In this document: one piece after another, positions 13,586 through 26,434 of the stretch
Position numbering within the stretch: the first letter of the stretch is position 1
Layout: the number at the start of each line of letters is the position of its first letter
Assembly: GCF_028641065.1 (NCBI RefSeq)
Contig: NW_026576883.1
Coordinates: 248,001 to 312,000 of the forward strand
Length of the DNA stretch: 64,000 nucleotides
Origin: Leucoraja erinacea
Lineage: Eukaryota
Reading direction: 5' to 3'
Translations under genes and position numbers: made by a program
The notes under the pieces: model-generated
Database searches by the model: none
Told to the model about the DNA's origin: nothing
What the model saw: the letters and a program-made list of their open reading frames with translations, nothing else

Positions 13586-13710
13586 CAAAGATCTTAGAGC
13601 AGGCAAGATGGCACGCAAATGCATAGTACGCTCATGGGCAGATTCATGGGTAATTATAGGACCCATTTTAGCAACCAGCCCCCGTTATCTTGTTCCGCCA
13701 TCTTGCTTCC
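13586..13710. mobile_element. Left end of a longer CAAAGATC-terminated DNA element (hAT-like)
   Basis: caaagatcttagagc at 13586 with internal inverted repeat gcaagatggc...gccatcttgc; no right TIR seen. Confidence 0.4.
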
Positions 13711-13749
13711 AGCGGGGAGGGGGAGTGTGTGGCCCGGGGAGAGGGAGTG

Positions 13750-14730
13750 AGCGGATTCCCTTTCCCTGAACTGCTGGCCCCCTCCTGCAGTACCGCGTGT
13801 GTTCACTGCTCACACTGCCGTCTCGGGGAATGAATGTAATTCGGCTGCAAGTGTTCAGTGTGAAGATGCAGAAACGTGGAACTGCAGGTGCTGCTTCACA
13901 ACAAAAAGGCACAAAGTGCTGGATTAACTCAGCGGGTCAAGTAGCACCTCTGGAGAACATGGACAGGTGATGTTTCGGGTCTGGATCCTTCTTCAGACTG
14001 ATTGTAGGGGCGGTGGGTGGGAGATGGAAGAACGATGGAAGGAAGGGGGCAGGACAAAGCCTGGCTGGTAATAGGTTGACACAGTTGAGGGGGAGAGGGG
14101 GGAGTTGATCGGCAGACGGTTGGACAAAGTCCAGAGATGAAAGACAGAAAGTGTGTGACAAAATGATCGAGGACTTGCGAATTGTGTCCTGATCTTCAAA
14201 CACTCTTCTCCTCAGACGGCCAAAGGTTGTGCAGGTGCACTGAAGGCGCTGGTGAATTTCACCATCAATGTCTGCCTTCCTCTGGGAAGAGGAGCGCCGG
14301 CCACAGGACCCGAGGGTCACCATCGTTACGACCATTTTAAAGGAAGGAGACAAATCCACCCGCGGAAACTATGGAGGGTTCTTCTCCCGCTCTCTACCGC
14401 AGGGAGGGGTCAGTTACACATTAAACTGTCCTGAATATAGATGAAAGCGGAGAGTAGCGCTTGGGACAGTGTAAACAATGTTAAAAGTTGGAAAAAATGC
14501 GGAGTCGAGTTCCAAGGACGCTGGCAAGATTTGAGGCCCTGAGTGACAGGAAGAGGTTGGGCAGGGAAGGATTTATTAATTGGAACGCTGGATGCTGAAG
14601 TGTATGGGAACAAGAGGTGAATGGCTAGGGTGAATGCACAGTCTTTTACCCGGAGTAGTGGAGTCGAGAACTAGAGGACACAGGTTTGTGGTGACAGGTG
14701 CAAGATTTAATCGGAACCTGAGGAACAATA
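13750..14730 (-). other. Orphan TRIM 5' flank with no exon 1
   Basis: Near-identical to the sequence directly upstream of the ATG of A (2550-2960), D (24685-24890) and F (59720-60850), but no RING exon follows. Confidence 0.8.
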
Positions 14731-15455
14731 GAAACATAGAAAATAGGTGCAGGAGTAGGCCATTCGGCCCTTCGAGCCTGCACCGCCATTCAATATGATC
14801 ATCGCTGATCATCCAACTCAGTATCCTATACCTGCCTTCTCTCCATACCCCCTAATACCTTTAGCCACAAGGGCCACATCAACTACCTTCTGCGGCAGAG
14901 AAATCCACAGATTCACCACTCTCTGTGTGAAAAATGTTTTTCTCATCTCGGTCCTAAAAGATTTTCCCCTTATCCTTAAACTGTGACCCCTTGTTCTGGA
15001 CATCCCCAACATCGGGAATAATCTTCCTGCATCTAGCCTGTCCAACCCCTTAAGAATTGTGTACGTTTCTTTAAGATACCCCCTCAATCTTCTAAATTCT
15101 AGCGAGTACAAGCCGAGTCTATCCAGTCTTTCTTCATAAGAAAGTCCTGACATCCCAGGAATCAGTCTGGTGAACCTTCTCTGTACTCCCTCTATGGCAA
15201 GAATGTCCTTCCTCAGATTAGGAGACCAAAACTGTACGCAATACTCCAGGTGTGGTCTCACCAAGACCCTGTACAACTGCAGTGGAACCTCCCTGCTCCT
15301 ATACTCAAATCCTTTTGCTATGAAAGCTAACATACCATTCGCTTTCTTCACTGCCTGCTGCACCTGCATGCCTACTTTTAACGACTGCTGTACCATGACA
15401 CCCAGGTATCGTTGCATCTCCCCTTTTCCTAATCGGCCACCATTCAGATAATACC
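14728..15455 (-). mobile_element. CR1 LINE 3' fragment
   Basis: ORF 14818-15504 (VRPHLEYCVQFWSP..KGIRGYGEKAG); atagaaacatagaaa tail; the paralogous site at ~25540 is empty. Confidence 0.9.
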
Positions 15456-15559
15456 ACCATTCAGACAATATTTTCACACAGAAGGTCGTGGGGAAATGGA
15501 ACAAGCTGCCAGAGGAGGTAAGTCAGGCTGGCCAACAACGTGTCAGCGAACTTTAGGAC

Positions 15560-15790
15560 CCATGGGAACCCGGAGCCGTGGAGCCGCTGCTGCTGCTCAA
15601 TGGGGTTTCGGGCGCGAAACGGCGGCGGAACCATCAATGAAAGGGGCGGGGCCCGGCTGAGGGGAGGCGGAGCTCAGCCCCGTCAATCACAGCCCTGACC
15701 AGAAAGGCAATGTCATTTGTAATCAGCTTCGGGTAAATTTCATTCCCTTAAACGAAATACATCCGTGTTTCCTATCGTGAATTGTTCATT
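15560..15790 (-). promoter_or_regulatory. Candidate CpG/GC-box promoter repeated per duplication unit (also 25630-25810 and 48400-48720)
   Basis: aaggggcggggcccggctgaggggaggcggagc (GC boxes) in a CpG-rich patch conserved in three units upstream of the TRIM 5' flanks. Promoter function is inferred. Confidence 0.5.
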
Positions 15791-15874
15791 ATATTAGGCT
15801 GCACAATAATATCCGTTCTATAGCAAACACTGTTATTTTATTTAACAGTCTCATGTGCAAACTTGAATTCAACT

Positions 15875-16350
15875 CAATGATTCAATGATACTCTATTGTC
15901 ACATGTATTAAGGGACGGTGACATTCTTTGTTTTTGCATGTAATCCGGTAAAATACAGACCTCACCCAGGCAGTACAGAGAGAGTCGCCACGTTTCTGGC
16001 GCCGACAAAATTGCGAGAAGTTCAGTGAATTCAGCGTTATTTTCCTCTCTTGGATTATTTATTCCAATTTCATTCCCTGCTCCCATTTACACAACCTCAG
16101 TAAGACCTATACTGTCCTCGTGCGATCAACATCAACACCAATTCGTTCACTCTGGTACAGCGGACTGGTAATTCTTCTAAGTTTCAGACATGCCAAACTT
16201 CCTCGGTCTTCTGAGGAAGTAGAGGCGTTTACATGTAAAGGAGGCCACATCGAGAGAACCGAGTGCCATAGACGAGGATAGAGGAGATGCAAGTGAATCT
16301 CTGCCTCCCATGAAAGGGCTGTTTGTGTTCCTGAATGGTGGTGAGGGTCA
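15875..16350 (-). mobile_element. Rex1-like 3' fragment joined to a Penelope GIY-YIG fragment (duplicated at ~25905-26430)
   Basis: tcaatgattcaatga tail; KRLYFLRRxRKFGMS (Rex1-like) and RQRFTCISSILVYGTRFSRCGLLY (PLE endonuclease-like) translations. Confidence 0.55.
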
Positions 16351-19300
16351 GTGTCCCATCTGCAGAGACCACAGCACTCACTTTGACCAATTCATTGTTC
16401 ATGGCTGCACTCGAGAATATTATGTTCAAAAGGCACAAAGTGCTGGAGTAACTCAGCGGGTCATGTGATAGGAACTGAATTCGGACATCCGGCAATCTTC
16501 TACTCTGCCATTCAATCATAGCTGATTTATCTCTCACTCCTAACCCCATTCTCCTGCCTTCTCCCGATAACCTCTGAAATGTCATCTATCAATGTTCTTC
16601 GGGGATGCTGCCTATTCAAATATTCCTTGACCCAAATCAAGCCTGATGGAACAATTAAGTAATTTGGTGTGGAAACAGGCCCCACAGCCCGACTTGCCCC
16701 GTCTACACTGCTCCCGCCTGCCCCAAATTTGGCCCATAACCCTCTAAACATTTTCTAATCGGGTACCTGTCTGAGTCTTTTCAATTTTAGATATACAGCG
16801 TCAGGGTTCAATCCTGACTATGGTTGCTGTCTGTACAGAGTTTGTATGTTCTTTGTGTGACCACATGGGGTTTAGAAACATAGAAATTAGGTGCAGGAGT
16901 AGGCCATTCGTGAGCCTGACCACCATTCATATGGGCTGATTTCCTCAGTATCCCGTACCTGCCTGATACCCCTGATCCCCTTAGCCACAAGGGCCACATC
17001 TAACTCCCTCTTATAGCCAATCCCACATTCTGCAAAGTTCCACATGCAGATTTCCTCGGGGTAGGTTTCTTTCCTCCAATTGCAAAGACATGGATTTGTA
17101 GGTAATAATAATTTTTAAAACGTCCCCAGTGTGTATGATAGTGTTGATGGTAATGATCATAGTTAATGTTAATGGTATTGGTCAGCACGGACTGGTTGGG
17201 CCGAAGGGCCTGTTTCCTAGCATCTCTGAACTGAACCAAACGATACGAAACTAAGTCCATCCAATAGAGCAGATGCCACTGAGTTTAACAAAACTCCTGA
17301 ACGCCAGCATCTCATTCACCCAGCACCCTGCTGCTAAGAGTTGATGTTGGCATCATGTTTGGCATCATTGTGGGTCGAAGGGCCAGTCCTTGTGCTGTGC
17401 TGTTCTAGTGTTCTACGGATATACACTGACATCTTCAAGAAGTTTGAAGTTGTCACACTCTTCATCAGAGGCACAAGCATTCACAAATGGACAATAATCA
17501 AAAGATATTCGGGCAGATCCACAGACAGGAAAGGTTTTGAGGGACAGACACAAATTGCTGGAGTAACTCAGCGGGTCAGGCAGCATCTCTGGAGAGAAGG
17601 AATAGGTGATGTTTTGGATCGAGACCCTTCATCAGTCTGCAGTTCCTTCTTTATATAATATGGGTGAATATGTTGACATATTCTGTTGTGCTGCTGCAAG
17701 TATGAATGTCATTGTTGTGTCTGGGACATGTGGAAATAAAACACTCTTGACTCTTGGACTGAAAGCATCTGTAAATGCTTGTGTCTCAGAACTGTTCTGT
17801 AGCTTTAGCATTTTGTACGTGATTATATTTTCTAGAAACACCTCAAGTCCCATGGCATGATTTGGCACAGAATACATAAAGAACATTGCAATAGTCTTGG
17901 CGTGGTTCAGTCTGAGCCACAGCCCACTGTTCCAATGCACATTATAAGCAGATGGCACTGTGCTAAATGTCGCAACTCTCCCTACACACAAAGAGCAATT
18001 TACAGAGGCCAATTAACCAACAAACCCACATGTCTTTTGGATAATGGAGAAACCCACGTGGTCACGGGGAGAACATGCAAACTCCGAACAGACAGCACCC
18101 AAGGTCAGGATCGAACCCTGGTCTCTGGCCCTGTGAGACAGTGGCTCTACCCGCAGCTCCACAGTACCTCAGAAATATTAACCCTTTCCAGACACTGTAT
18201 ACTGCCCAACCTGCTGAATGCCCACAACGTTTTCTGTTTTATGTTGGCAGTTTATGGTCAGACTCACATTCCAATCACCCATTCAACTAGAAAATATTTT
18301 TTAAAAAACAGATGCTGAAAATCCAAATGGAAACACAATTTGTCATCAGTGTTAGATCTGAAATGGAAGGTCTGTTTCACCTTGCAGATGCTGCCTGACC
18401 TGCTGAGTATTTGGGGCAATTTCTACTTTTATTCCATATTTTGTCATGCATTTGGTTTGGGCCGCAGGTGTGGTAACAGGTCACAAAAGTCACTTATTAA
18501 ATCATATTCCCGCTGTTTCTGCATTTGTCAAAGTTAATTCTTAAAGTTACAGCTGGTCTAGTGGCGGAACCAAGAAGTGACGCAGTTAACGCGTTGAAAT
18601 GAACGGATCGACAGACAGACAGACAGCTCTGATTTCAGTTGCTGTTTATTTCACTCTTCCCACATTTACATTCCCCCTGGTTTTATTTCCGCGCTCGCTG
18701 GGGTTTCACGACGCGGAATTTTGAGATTAAATGGGAGCCGTTCAGCGCCGACCTGTTGTCCACTGGGTTTCTGCCCACAGCCCCTGAGCCCCGCTCCTCA
18801 CGCCGGTCCCGGGACTCGACCCTTTTACACACCCGGAGCGGAACCGGAGCAGATTCTCAGCCACTGATTTACATTACAAGGCCAGAATAAAGGATAAAGT
18901 TTCTCCATGAATTTATTCCCAGTGAAGGTGTAGAGATGGGACTTGGTGTCCGCGTCGTAAAATGAAACTGTCCCGGACTCGTAACTGAGATAAACTCCCA
19001 CCCTCCTGGGAATGGGACGGGCGGGGAGACGGGATGGAGGGGAGGTGAGTGCATTCAACCCATCATCACAACGCTCAATCCTCCAGACTCTAGTCTCCAG
19101 GGTCAGTATGACCCCTCTCTTCCTCTCCACAGACTCTGCGGCGACTCCCAGACTCCAGCCCCGACTCCCCGCCACCTCCACCTCCCAGTAATGTCTCCCC
19201 GATGTGAATCCCTCCGATCCCAGCACACAATGACTGACTGTAAACCTCTTCCCGGTGTCAGGGAGACGCCACCGGGTCCAGTTCCATCTCACCCTCTTCC

Positions 19301-19434
19301 GATCCTCAGACACCTCGAGCCGCGGATGCGCTGTTTCCACATCCAGGGACTGGGGGGACGGAGAGTTCCTGGGGGGTTGGGGGGGAGAAGAGTCAGAGAT
19401 GATCAGAGAGTTCCTTGCGTGGGTGCTTGGGGGG

Positions 19435-19790
19435 GTCTTGCCCAGAGAGCAAGCTAGCTTTAGACCTGGTAGAAACTGCGCAAATCAAGACTCGGGCTGG
19501 GATTGCAGCCCAAAGCAGAAAGCTAGGTCTAAAGGCATCACCATCCTCAAGCCTGGGAAATCTGCTGATGATCCAACTAGTTACCGATCCATTCTCCCTG
19601 AGTATATCTTACTTGCTGTTTGAGTGCCACCTGCTTGCCAGGATTTCTCCATTGGCAGAATCTGTCTTGCCCAGAGAGCAAGCTAGCTTTAGACCTGGTA
19701 GAAACTGCGCAAATCAAGTCCTTGCCCTCACTCCCGATATAGAGGCTGGCTTACAACGTGCCCTGAAAACTGGTGTTGCTCCATCATTTT
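19435..19790 (+). mobile_element. Vingi/Ingi-like LINE RT fragment with an internal ~55-bp duplication
   Basis: ILKPGKSADDPTSYRSI..RISPLAESVLPREQASFRPGRNCANQVLALTPDIEAGLQRALKTG; 19435-19489 repeats at ~19664-19718. Confidence 0.7.
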
Positions 19791-20054
19791 CCCGATCGAA
19801 CCAGCTACCCTTCAGGGGATAAAAAGTCGCAGCCTGAAGTACAGCCGGGGATCCCTGAAGAAGAAGCTTGCATAACTTCTACCGTGGGCCAGGATTTACC
19901 ATCAGAAATAACCTTTGCGGCGGGGACTTTAAATCTCAACCCACAATCTTGAAGAAAGAATGGAGTCCACGGGGGGGGGGGGGGGGGGGGGGAATGGCTG
20001 GGATTGCATACTCATGGAGTTTTATTATTTTGTTAAGGATGAGCAGGGGTCATT

Positions 20055-20420
20055 CTTATTGAAACATACTAACATTATAAGATTATTAAGGGTTTGGACA
20101 CGCTAGAGGCAGGAAACATGTTTCCGATGTTGGGGGAGTCCAGAACCAGGTTTAAGAATAAGGGGTAAGCCATTTAAAACGGAGATGAGGAAAAACTTTT
20201 TCACACAGAGTTGTTTGTCTGTGGAATTATCTGCCTCAGAGGGCGGTGGAGGCTGGTTCTCTGGATGCTTTCAAGAGAGAGTTATATAAAGATAGCAGTC
20301 AAGGGATATGGGGAGAAGGCAGGAACGGGGTACTGATTGTGGATACACAGCCATAATCACATTGAATGGCAGTGGTGGCTCGAGGGGCCGAATGGCCTAC
20401 TCCTGCACCTATTGTCTATT
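20055..20420 (+). mobile_element. CR1 3' fragment
   Basis: Matches the 3' end of the CR1 at 1470-1847. Confidence 0.8.
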
Positions 20421-21320
20421 GGAGGATTGTGTGTTGTATGTGGTGGCTGATCGGGTGAAAGGTAAGGACACGGGGGACTCTGCCTATGTTGCGACTAGGG
20501 GGAGGGGGAGCAAGGGCAGAGCTGCAGGGTACCGAGGAGACACGAGTGTGGGCCTCATCTATGATGGGAGAGGGGAACCCTCGTTCCCTAAAGAATGAGG
20601 ACATCTCTGATGTCCTGGTATGGAACCCCTCATCTTGGATGCAGATGCAGCGTAGACGGAGGAATTGGGGATAGAGTCTTTGCAGGAAGCAGGGTGGGGA
20701 GAAGTGTAGTCGAGATATTTGTGGGAGTCAGTGGGTTTGTAATGGACGTCTATCGATAGTCTATTAACTGTGATGGAGACTCTGAGATCAAGAAAGGGGA
20801 GGGATGTGTCGGTGATGGTCCAAGTAAATTTGATTGCAGGATGGAAATTGGTGGTGGAGTTGATGAAGTCCATGAGTTCTGCATGGGTGCAGGAGGTAGC
20901 ACCGATGCAGTCATCAATGTAATGGAGATAGAGTTTGGGGATAGGGCCTTGGACTTGGAGGAAGTGGGAGGATTCGAAGGAGAGGTTATTAAGAGTGAGA
21001 ACCAGCTCCGCTGGGCGGAGTAGTGTTAGTAGAGGGAAATTGGATGGTTCTGCAGTCGAGGAATAAACGGAGGGCTTTAAGCTCTTCCTCGTGGGAGATG
21101 GAGGTGCAGAGTGGCTGAACGTCCATGGTAAAGATGAGGAGGTGGGGGCTCTGAAAGCGGAAGTCGTTAAAGGGACAAAGGCATGTGAGGTATCTTGGAC
21201 AAAGGTCGGAAGGGATTGGACCCAGGGGGGAGAGGATGGAGTCGAGGTACGTGGAAATCATTACAGTGGGACAGGACAGTTGTGTTTATGGATTTTGGGG
21301 AGAAGGTAAAACCGGGCTGT
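20420..21320 (-). mobile_element. Penelope-like element RT fragment (gene D intron 5)
   Basis: FTMDVQPL..SISHEE; FHPAIKFTW..LPFLDL..KPTDSHKYLDYTSPHPASCKDSIP; FFRERGFP, typical PLE RT motifs. Confidence 0.85.
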
Positions 21321-23088
21321 GTGAGGCTGGGGAATGATAAGGTGTACGGTTTAAAGGTGTCAGAAACAAGAATAATGGAAAAGGTACAAGCTTTACCTTG
21401 CTTGAAGTCATCAGGTATTTCTTTGAATGCCGTGTTGACTGAAACAGGGCAATGAAACTTTTCAATCGGTAAGACTTTATCCACCACTGACAGTGGTTTG
21501 GCTTCATCACGAACCCTGGAAATATTGAACAGCTGGTTATAAACTAAACATTAGAAATATTTTGAGTTGTTCCACAAAAACTCACAATGTTTTCCACAAG
21601 ACAATGTCCTACCTTCGCTTGCGACCAACTTCCTCCTGAAAGAAATAAAACACAAATCTCAATTGAGATGGACCGTCCTCATCCCGACAGTGGGAATTTC
21701 ACCAAATTTCTACAACCCTCTGATAATTCCCATTTCCCAACTCTTATCGCCACTGCCATGCAGAGAGAAAGCGGATATTGTCGCAGAGATGTAGAACGAT
21801 GGGGGAAAGCACAAGGAATGTTCATGAGAATGACGCCATAACTGAGAGGATGGAAAGTAATGAAAAGACTGGGCAGGTCGTGGGATTTCATTTGGAGAAG
21901 ATGTCAGGAATGATGAGAGGGAATTTAATATTATCGGTGGATTTAAATGGGTGGGGATGAAATAATATCTCAAATCGGGGAGACCAAGAATCGAAACTGA
22001 AATGTAACTTCATAAATACTGAAAGGAATGCAGTCATGAGAACATGGACCTCACTGCACTGGAGGGACTTAAGCCAACAGCAGAGATAAATTTAAGTGCA
22101 AGTGGGATAAACACATTAGGGCTCCTGGAATTTGGGGTATTGTTACCGGGTGTGGAGAGTAGATGGGAGGGATGATGAGTGGAGCAGAAATCTTGACTGG
22201 ATAGGATGGGCCAAATGGCCTGTCTATGATGTAGAATGGGATGTCATTCTATGGTGAAACAAGGTGGACAAAACAAAAAGAGCAAATTCTCCCAAGGTGA
22301 CTACCCACTGCTGATGGGAACTGGATATAGATGATCAATCTGATGTGTGCGCCACGTTCTAGATTACAATGTTAATCCCCACAATGTGGTCATGGCTGAT
22401 CTAGCCCAGGACCCAACTCCTCCTCTTAGCCCCATTCCTTTCGATTTCAATTCCCCGAATGTTCAAAATGTATCTTCCTCTGGTTTTAATACATCTAACA
22501 GGTTAAACCTCTCAGAGTCTCTTGGTTGGAGAATCCCAGATATTCACTGCCCTCTGTCCATTCGTGGTCCTTGGGATCAGATATAGGATCACCTGTCATT
22601 GTTCGAAACTCCACATAATACAAACACCTCTCTACATTCTAGCCAGACAGTCCTGAGATCCTATAGATTATACGGGAGGACAATTAGTTTGGGAACAACA
22701 ACAGCTGGAACAGAGGGAACATTTGCCCAGTTCTCAATTATTGGTAAATGCAGAATTTATTTCAGAAATGTCACCCATCATTTTGCGACTGCACTTTCAC
22801 TTCACCAAACTGTAGTGTAACCCCTCACCTTCAGAAACACCACACTGTCTTTTTGATCCATCTGTTGCTGCAACTTAAATAGATCCTGCTGAATAGATTT
22901 TAAATTCTCTTGAATCTCTCCAAGATTTTTCTCCAAAGTATTTAGAATCTTCTTCTCTTGCTCCCGGATATCTGCCAGTACGCGCTGCTCTTTCTCAGTG
23001 AGAACCTTGTGCAGTTCAGCAAACTGGGATGTGATTTTCGACTGAAGGTTGTGTGACTGTTCCTGGGAAATGAAAGGTGAAGATCAAT

Positions 23089-23745
23089 ATGGTATGTTAG
23101 CATTCATAGCAAAAGGATTTGAGTATAGGAGCAGGGAGGTTCTACTGCAGTTGTACAGGGTCTTGGTGAGACCACACCTGGAGTATTGCGTACAGTTTTG
23201 GTCTCCTAATCTGATGAAAGACATTCTTGCCATAGAGGGAGTACAAAGATGGTTCACCAGACTGATTCCTGGGATGTCAGGACTTTCATATGAAGAAAGA
23301 TTGGATAGACTCGGCTTGTACTCGCTAGAATTTAGAAGATTGAGGGGGGATCTTATAGAAACTTACAACATTCTTAAGGGGTTGGACAGGCTAGATGCAG
23401 GAAGATTATTCCCGATGTTGAGGAAGTCCAGAACAAGGGGTCACAGTTTAAGGATAAGAGGGAAATCTTTTAGGACCGAGATGAGGAAAATATTTTTCAC
23501 ACAGAGAGTGGTGAATCTCTGGAATTCTCTGCCACAGAAGGTAGTTGAGGCCAGTTCATTGGCTATACTTAAGAGGGAGTTAGATGTAGCCCTTGTGGCT
23601 GAAGGGATCAGGGGGTATGGAGAGAAGGCAGGTACAGGATACTGAGTTGGAAGATCAACCATGATCATATTGAATGGCGGAGCAGGCTCGAAGGGCTGAT
23701 TGGCCTCTACTCCTGCACCTATTTTCTATGTTTCTATGTCTATGG
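23089..23745 (+). mobile_element. CR1 LINE 3' fragment in gene D intron 2
   Basis: ORF 23049-23645 carries CR1 motifs; tttctatg tail; inserted ~25 nt from the exon-3 acceptor. Confidence 0.9.
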
Positions 23746-24636
23746 TTCTAATATATAATGTCACTGATTGTGTTTCCTCGCCACTTTGACCGTGACATTT
23801 GTCCTGTTCATTTTTTATTTGCTTTGGCAATTCAATTCAATTCCAAATGCTTCTGAAATATTGTGACTGTAATCTTATAACCCATCAAACCTCTACTCCC
23901 AATGCAATTCCCTGCTGCCTATTCATTTTCTCGTGAAAGCTGCCCTATTATTACAAGCATCACAGGGATCAAATCTACACAAGTTCAGGAAATCGAAATC
24001 GAAAGCCTCACCAGAACTCCAGAAATCTTCTGTTTCTGTTGCTGCTCCATTTGCTGGATCTCTGATTCCTTTTTTGTGAGAGATTCGAAGGAAGATTTCA
24101 CCTGATCCTGGAGTTGGGTTTGAAAATCCGAGAATAAAAGTGTTAGACAAAAAAACAGGAATTAAACAATTATGCGATCAAAATTGATTCGCTTTTACCT
24201 TGTAGAATTCTGCAGCTTCTGCTATCAGCGTGAAGTTGTGAGCTTTGTGTTCCTGCCCGGCTGCACAAATCACACAGATCAGCTTCTTGTCAGTTTCACA
24301 AAACAGCTTCAGTTCTTCCTGATGTTCCTCGCACTGAAGTTTACTTTCCTTCTCTGTCCGATTCGGGCCCAGTGTTCGAGCTTTCTCAGACAGTCTCGCC
24401 AAAGCCCGATTCACCCTGAGGGTGCGGTCTGTAAACTGCTCTCTACATTCCGGGCAGGAGTTTCTCCCCTCCCTGTCCCAACTCTGTGTGATGCATGAGC
24501 GGCAGAAGTTGTGCCCGCACTCCAGCGCCACCGGATCGGTGAAGAAATTCAGGCAGAAGGGACAAATTATCTCCGCCGTCCAACTCTCGGCCTGGTCGTT
24601 CGAAACCATTTTAACTATCCACTTCCTGGTTCAAAA

Positions 24637-24674
24637 CAAAGAGCCTATAGCATAGCTCTGCTATAGGATCTTTG
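24637..24674. mobile_element. 38-bp palindromic CAAAGATC micro-element with 8-bp TSD
   Basis: gttcaaaa|caaagagcctatagcatagctctgctataggatctttg|gttcaaaa; the site is empty in F (59712-59719). Confidence 0.8.
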
Positions 24675-24890
24675 GTTCAAAAGAGGATTCCCTTTCCCTA
24701 AACTGCTGACCCCCTCCTGCAGTACCGCGTGTGTTCACTGCTCACGCTGCCGTCTCGGGGAATGAATGTAATTCGGCTGCAAGTGTTCAGTGTGAAGATG
24801 CAGAAACGTGGAACTGCAGATGCTGCTTCACAACAAAAAGGCACAAAGTGCTGGATTAACTCAGCGGGTCAAGTAGCACCTCTGAAGAAC

Positions 24891-25155
24891 TTTTTTTTAA
24901 TGTCATGATAGACTTTATTCGAGAAATAGATATATAGAATACATGATCCTTACAAAACTCCATCCGACATTCTCGGAGGCTATACATACATACAATACAG
25001 TTTCCACAAATCACCATTTTACCCCCTACCCTTGTCACTCATGTGACCCACTGTCGTGGAATCCCTTCGTTATTTTGAGGGGGCGTCTCCACCACACCCT
25101 GCCCCCCATGTCCAGCAGCGGAAGGACTCTAGACTGTGGTCCTCCCCCACCGATC
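24891..25155 (-). mobile_element. poly(A)-tailed LINE 3' end (L1/Tx1-like)
   Basis: T-run at ~24891 followed by tttatt (AATAAA on the minus strand); replaces ~400 bp present in paralogous flanks. Confidence 0.45.
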
Positions 25156-26434
25156 TTAAGAGACAAATCCACCCGCGGAAACTATGGAGGGTTCTTCTCC
25201 CGCTCTCTACCACAGGGAGGGGTCAGTTACACATTAAACTGTCCTGAATATAGATGAAAGCGGAGAGTAGCGCTTGGGACAATATAAGGCAGGATAAAAA
25301 GTTGGAAAAAACTGCAAGAGTAGATTTCCCAGGACGTTGGCAAGATTTGTGGCCCTGAGTGAACGGGAGAGGTTGGGCAGGGAAGGATTTATTAATTGGA
25401 GCGCCGGAGGCTGAAGTTCATGGGATCAAGAGGTGAATGGATAGGGTGAATGCACAGTCTTTTACCCGGAGTAGTGGAGTCGGGAACTAGAGGACACAGG
25501 TTTGTGGTGAGAGGTGCAAGATTTAATCGGAACCTGAGGAACAATATTTCCACACAGAAGGTCGTGGGGAAATGGAACAAGCTGCCAGAGGAGGTAAGTG
25601 GGGCTGGACAACAACGTGTGGACGGGCTTTAGGACCCGGGGGAGCCCGGAGCTGTGGAACAATCAATGAAAGGGGCGGGGCCCGGCTGAGGGGAGGCGGA
25701 GCTCAGCCCCGTCAATCACAGCCCTGACCAGGAAGCCGATGTCATTTGTAATCAGCTTCGGGTAAATGTCATTCCCATAAACTAAATACATCCGTGTTTC
25801 CTATCGTGAATTGTTCATTATATTAGGCTGCACAATAATATTCGTTCTATAGCAAACACTGTTATTTTATTTAACAGTCTCATGTGCAAACTTGAATTCA
25901 ACTCAATGATTCAATGATACTCTATTGTCACATGTATCAAGGGACGGTGAAATTCGTTGTTTTTGCATGTAATCCGGTAAAATACAGACCTCACCCAGGC
26001 AGTACAGAGAGAGTCGCCACGTTTCTGGCGCCGACAAAGTTGCGAGAAGTTCAGTGAATTCAGCGTTATTTTCCTCTCTTGGATTATTTTATCCAATTTC
26101 ATTCCCTGCTCCCATTTCCACATCCTCAGTAAGACCTATACTGTCCTCGTCCGATCAACATCAACACCAATTCATTCACTCTGGCACAGCGGACTCGGAA
26201 TTATTCTAAGTTTCAGACATGCCAAACTTCCTCGGTCTTCTGAGGAAGTAGAGGCGTTTAGATGTAAAGGAGGCCACATCGAGAGAACCGAGTGCCATAG
26301 ACGAGGATAGAGGAGATGCAAGTGAATCTCTGCCTCCCATGAAAGGGTTGTTTGTGTTCCTGAATGGTGGTGAGGGTCGAGGAGTAGGGACAGAGTGGCG
26401 CTTCCCCTGGTGGGTTGTAGGGGAAAGCGCCACT

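Larger units (their letters stand above)
18825..24609 (-). pseudogene. TRIM gene D: exons 1-5 intact, PRY-SPRY exon out of frame at its acceptor (pseudogene, SPRY-less form, or assembly error)
   Basis: Exons 24609-24199, 24107-24012, 23062-22829, 21635-21613, 21515-21397 are all open. The last exon 19349-18825 starts ag|TCCCTGGAT versus paralog ag|TCTCCRTCAYCCTGGAT (8 nt missing). The SPRY frame itself (ORF 18825-19340) is open. Confidence 0.75.

Noticed and set aside
15735-15750. gggaatgaaa as an interferon (ISRE/EICE) element
   Set aside because: Spacing does not match GAAANNGAAA or GGAANNGAAA, and it is altered in the copy at ~25770.
18095-18165. tRNA gene
   Set aside because: The B-box-like gggttcgatcc belongs to SINE heads; no cloverleaf is evident.
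21567-21973. Small ORFs recurring in intron 3 of several paralogs (MKSHDLPSLF...)
   Set aside because: Duplicated intron sequence with variable frames and ends; no sign of coding constraint.
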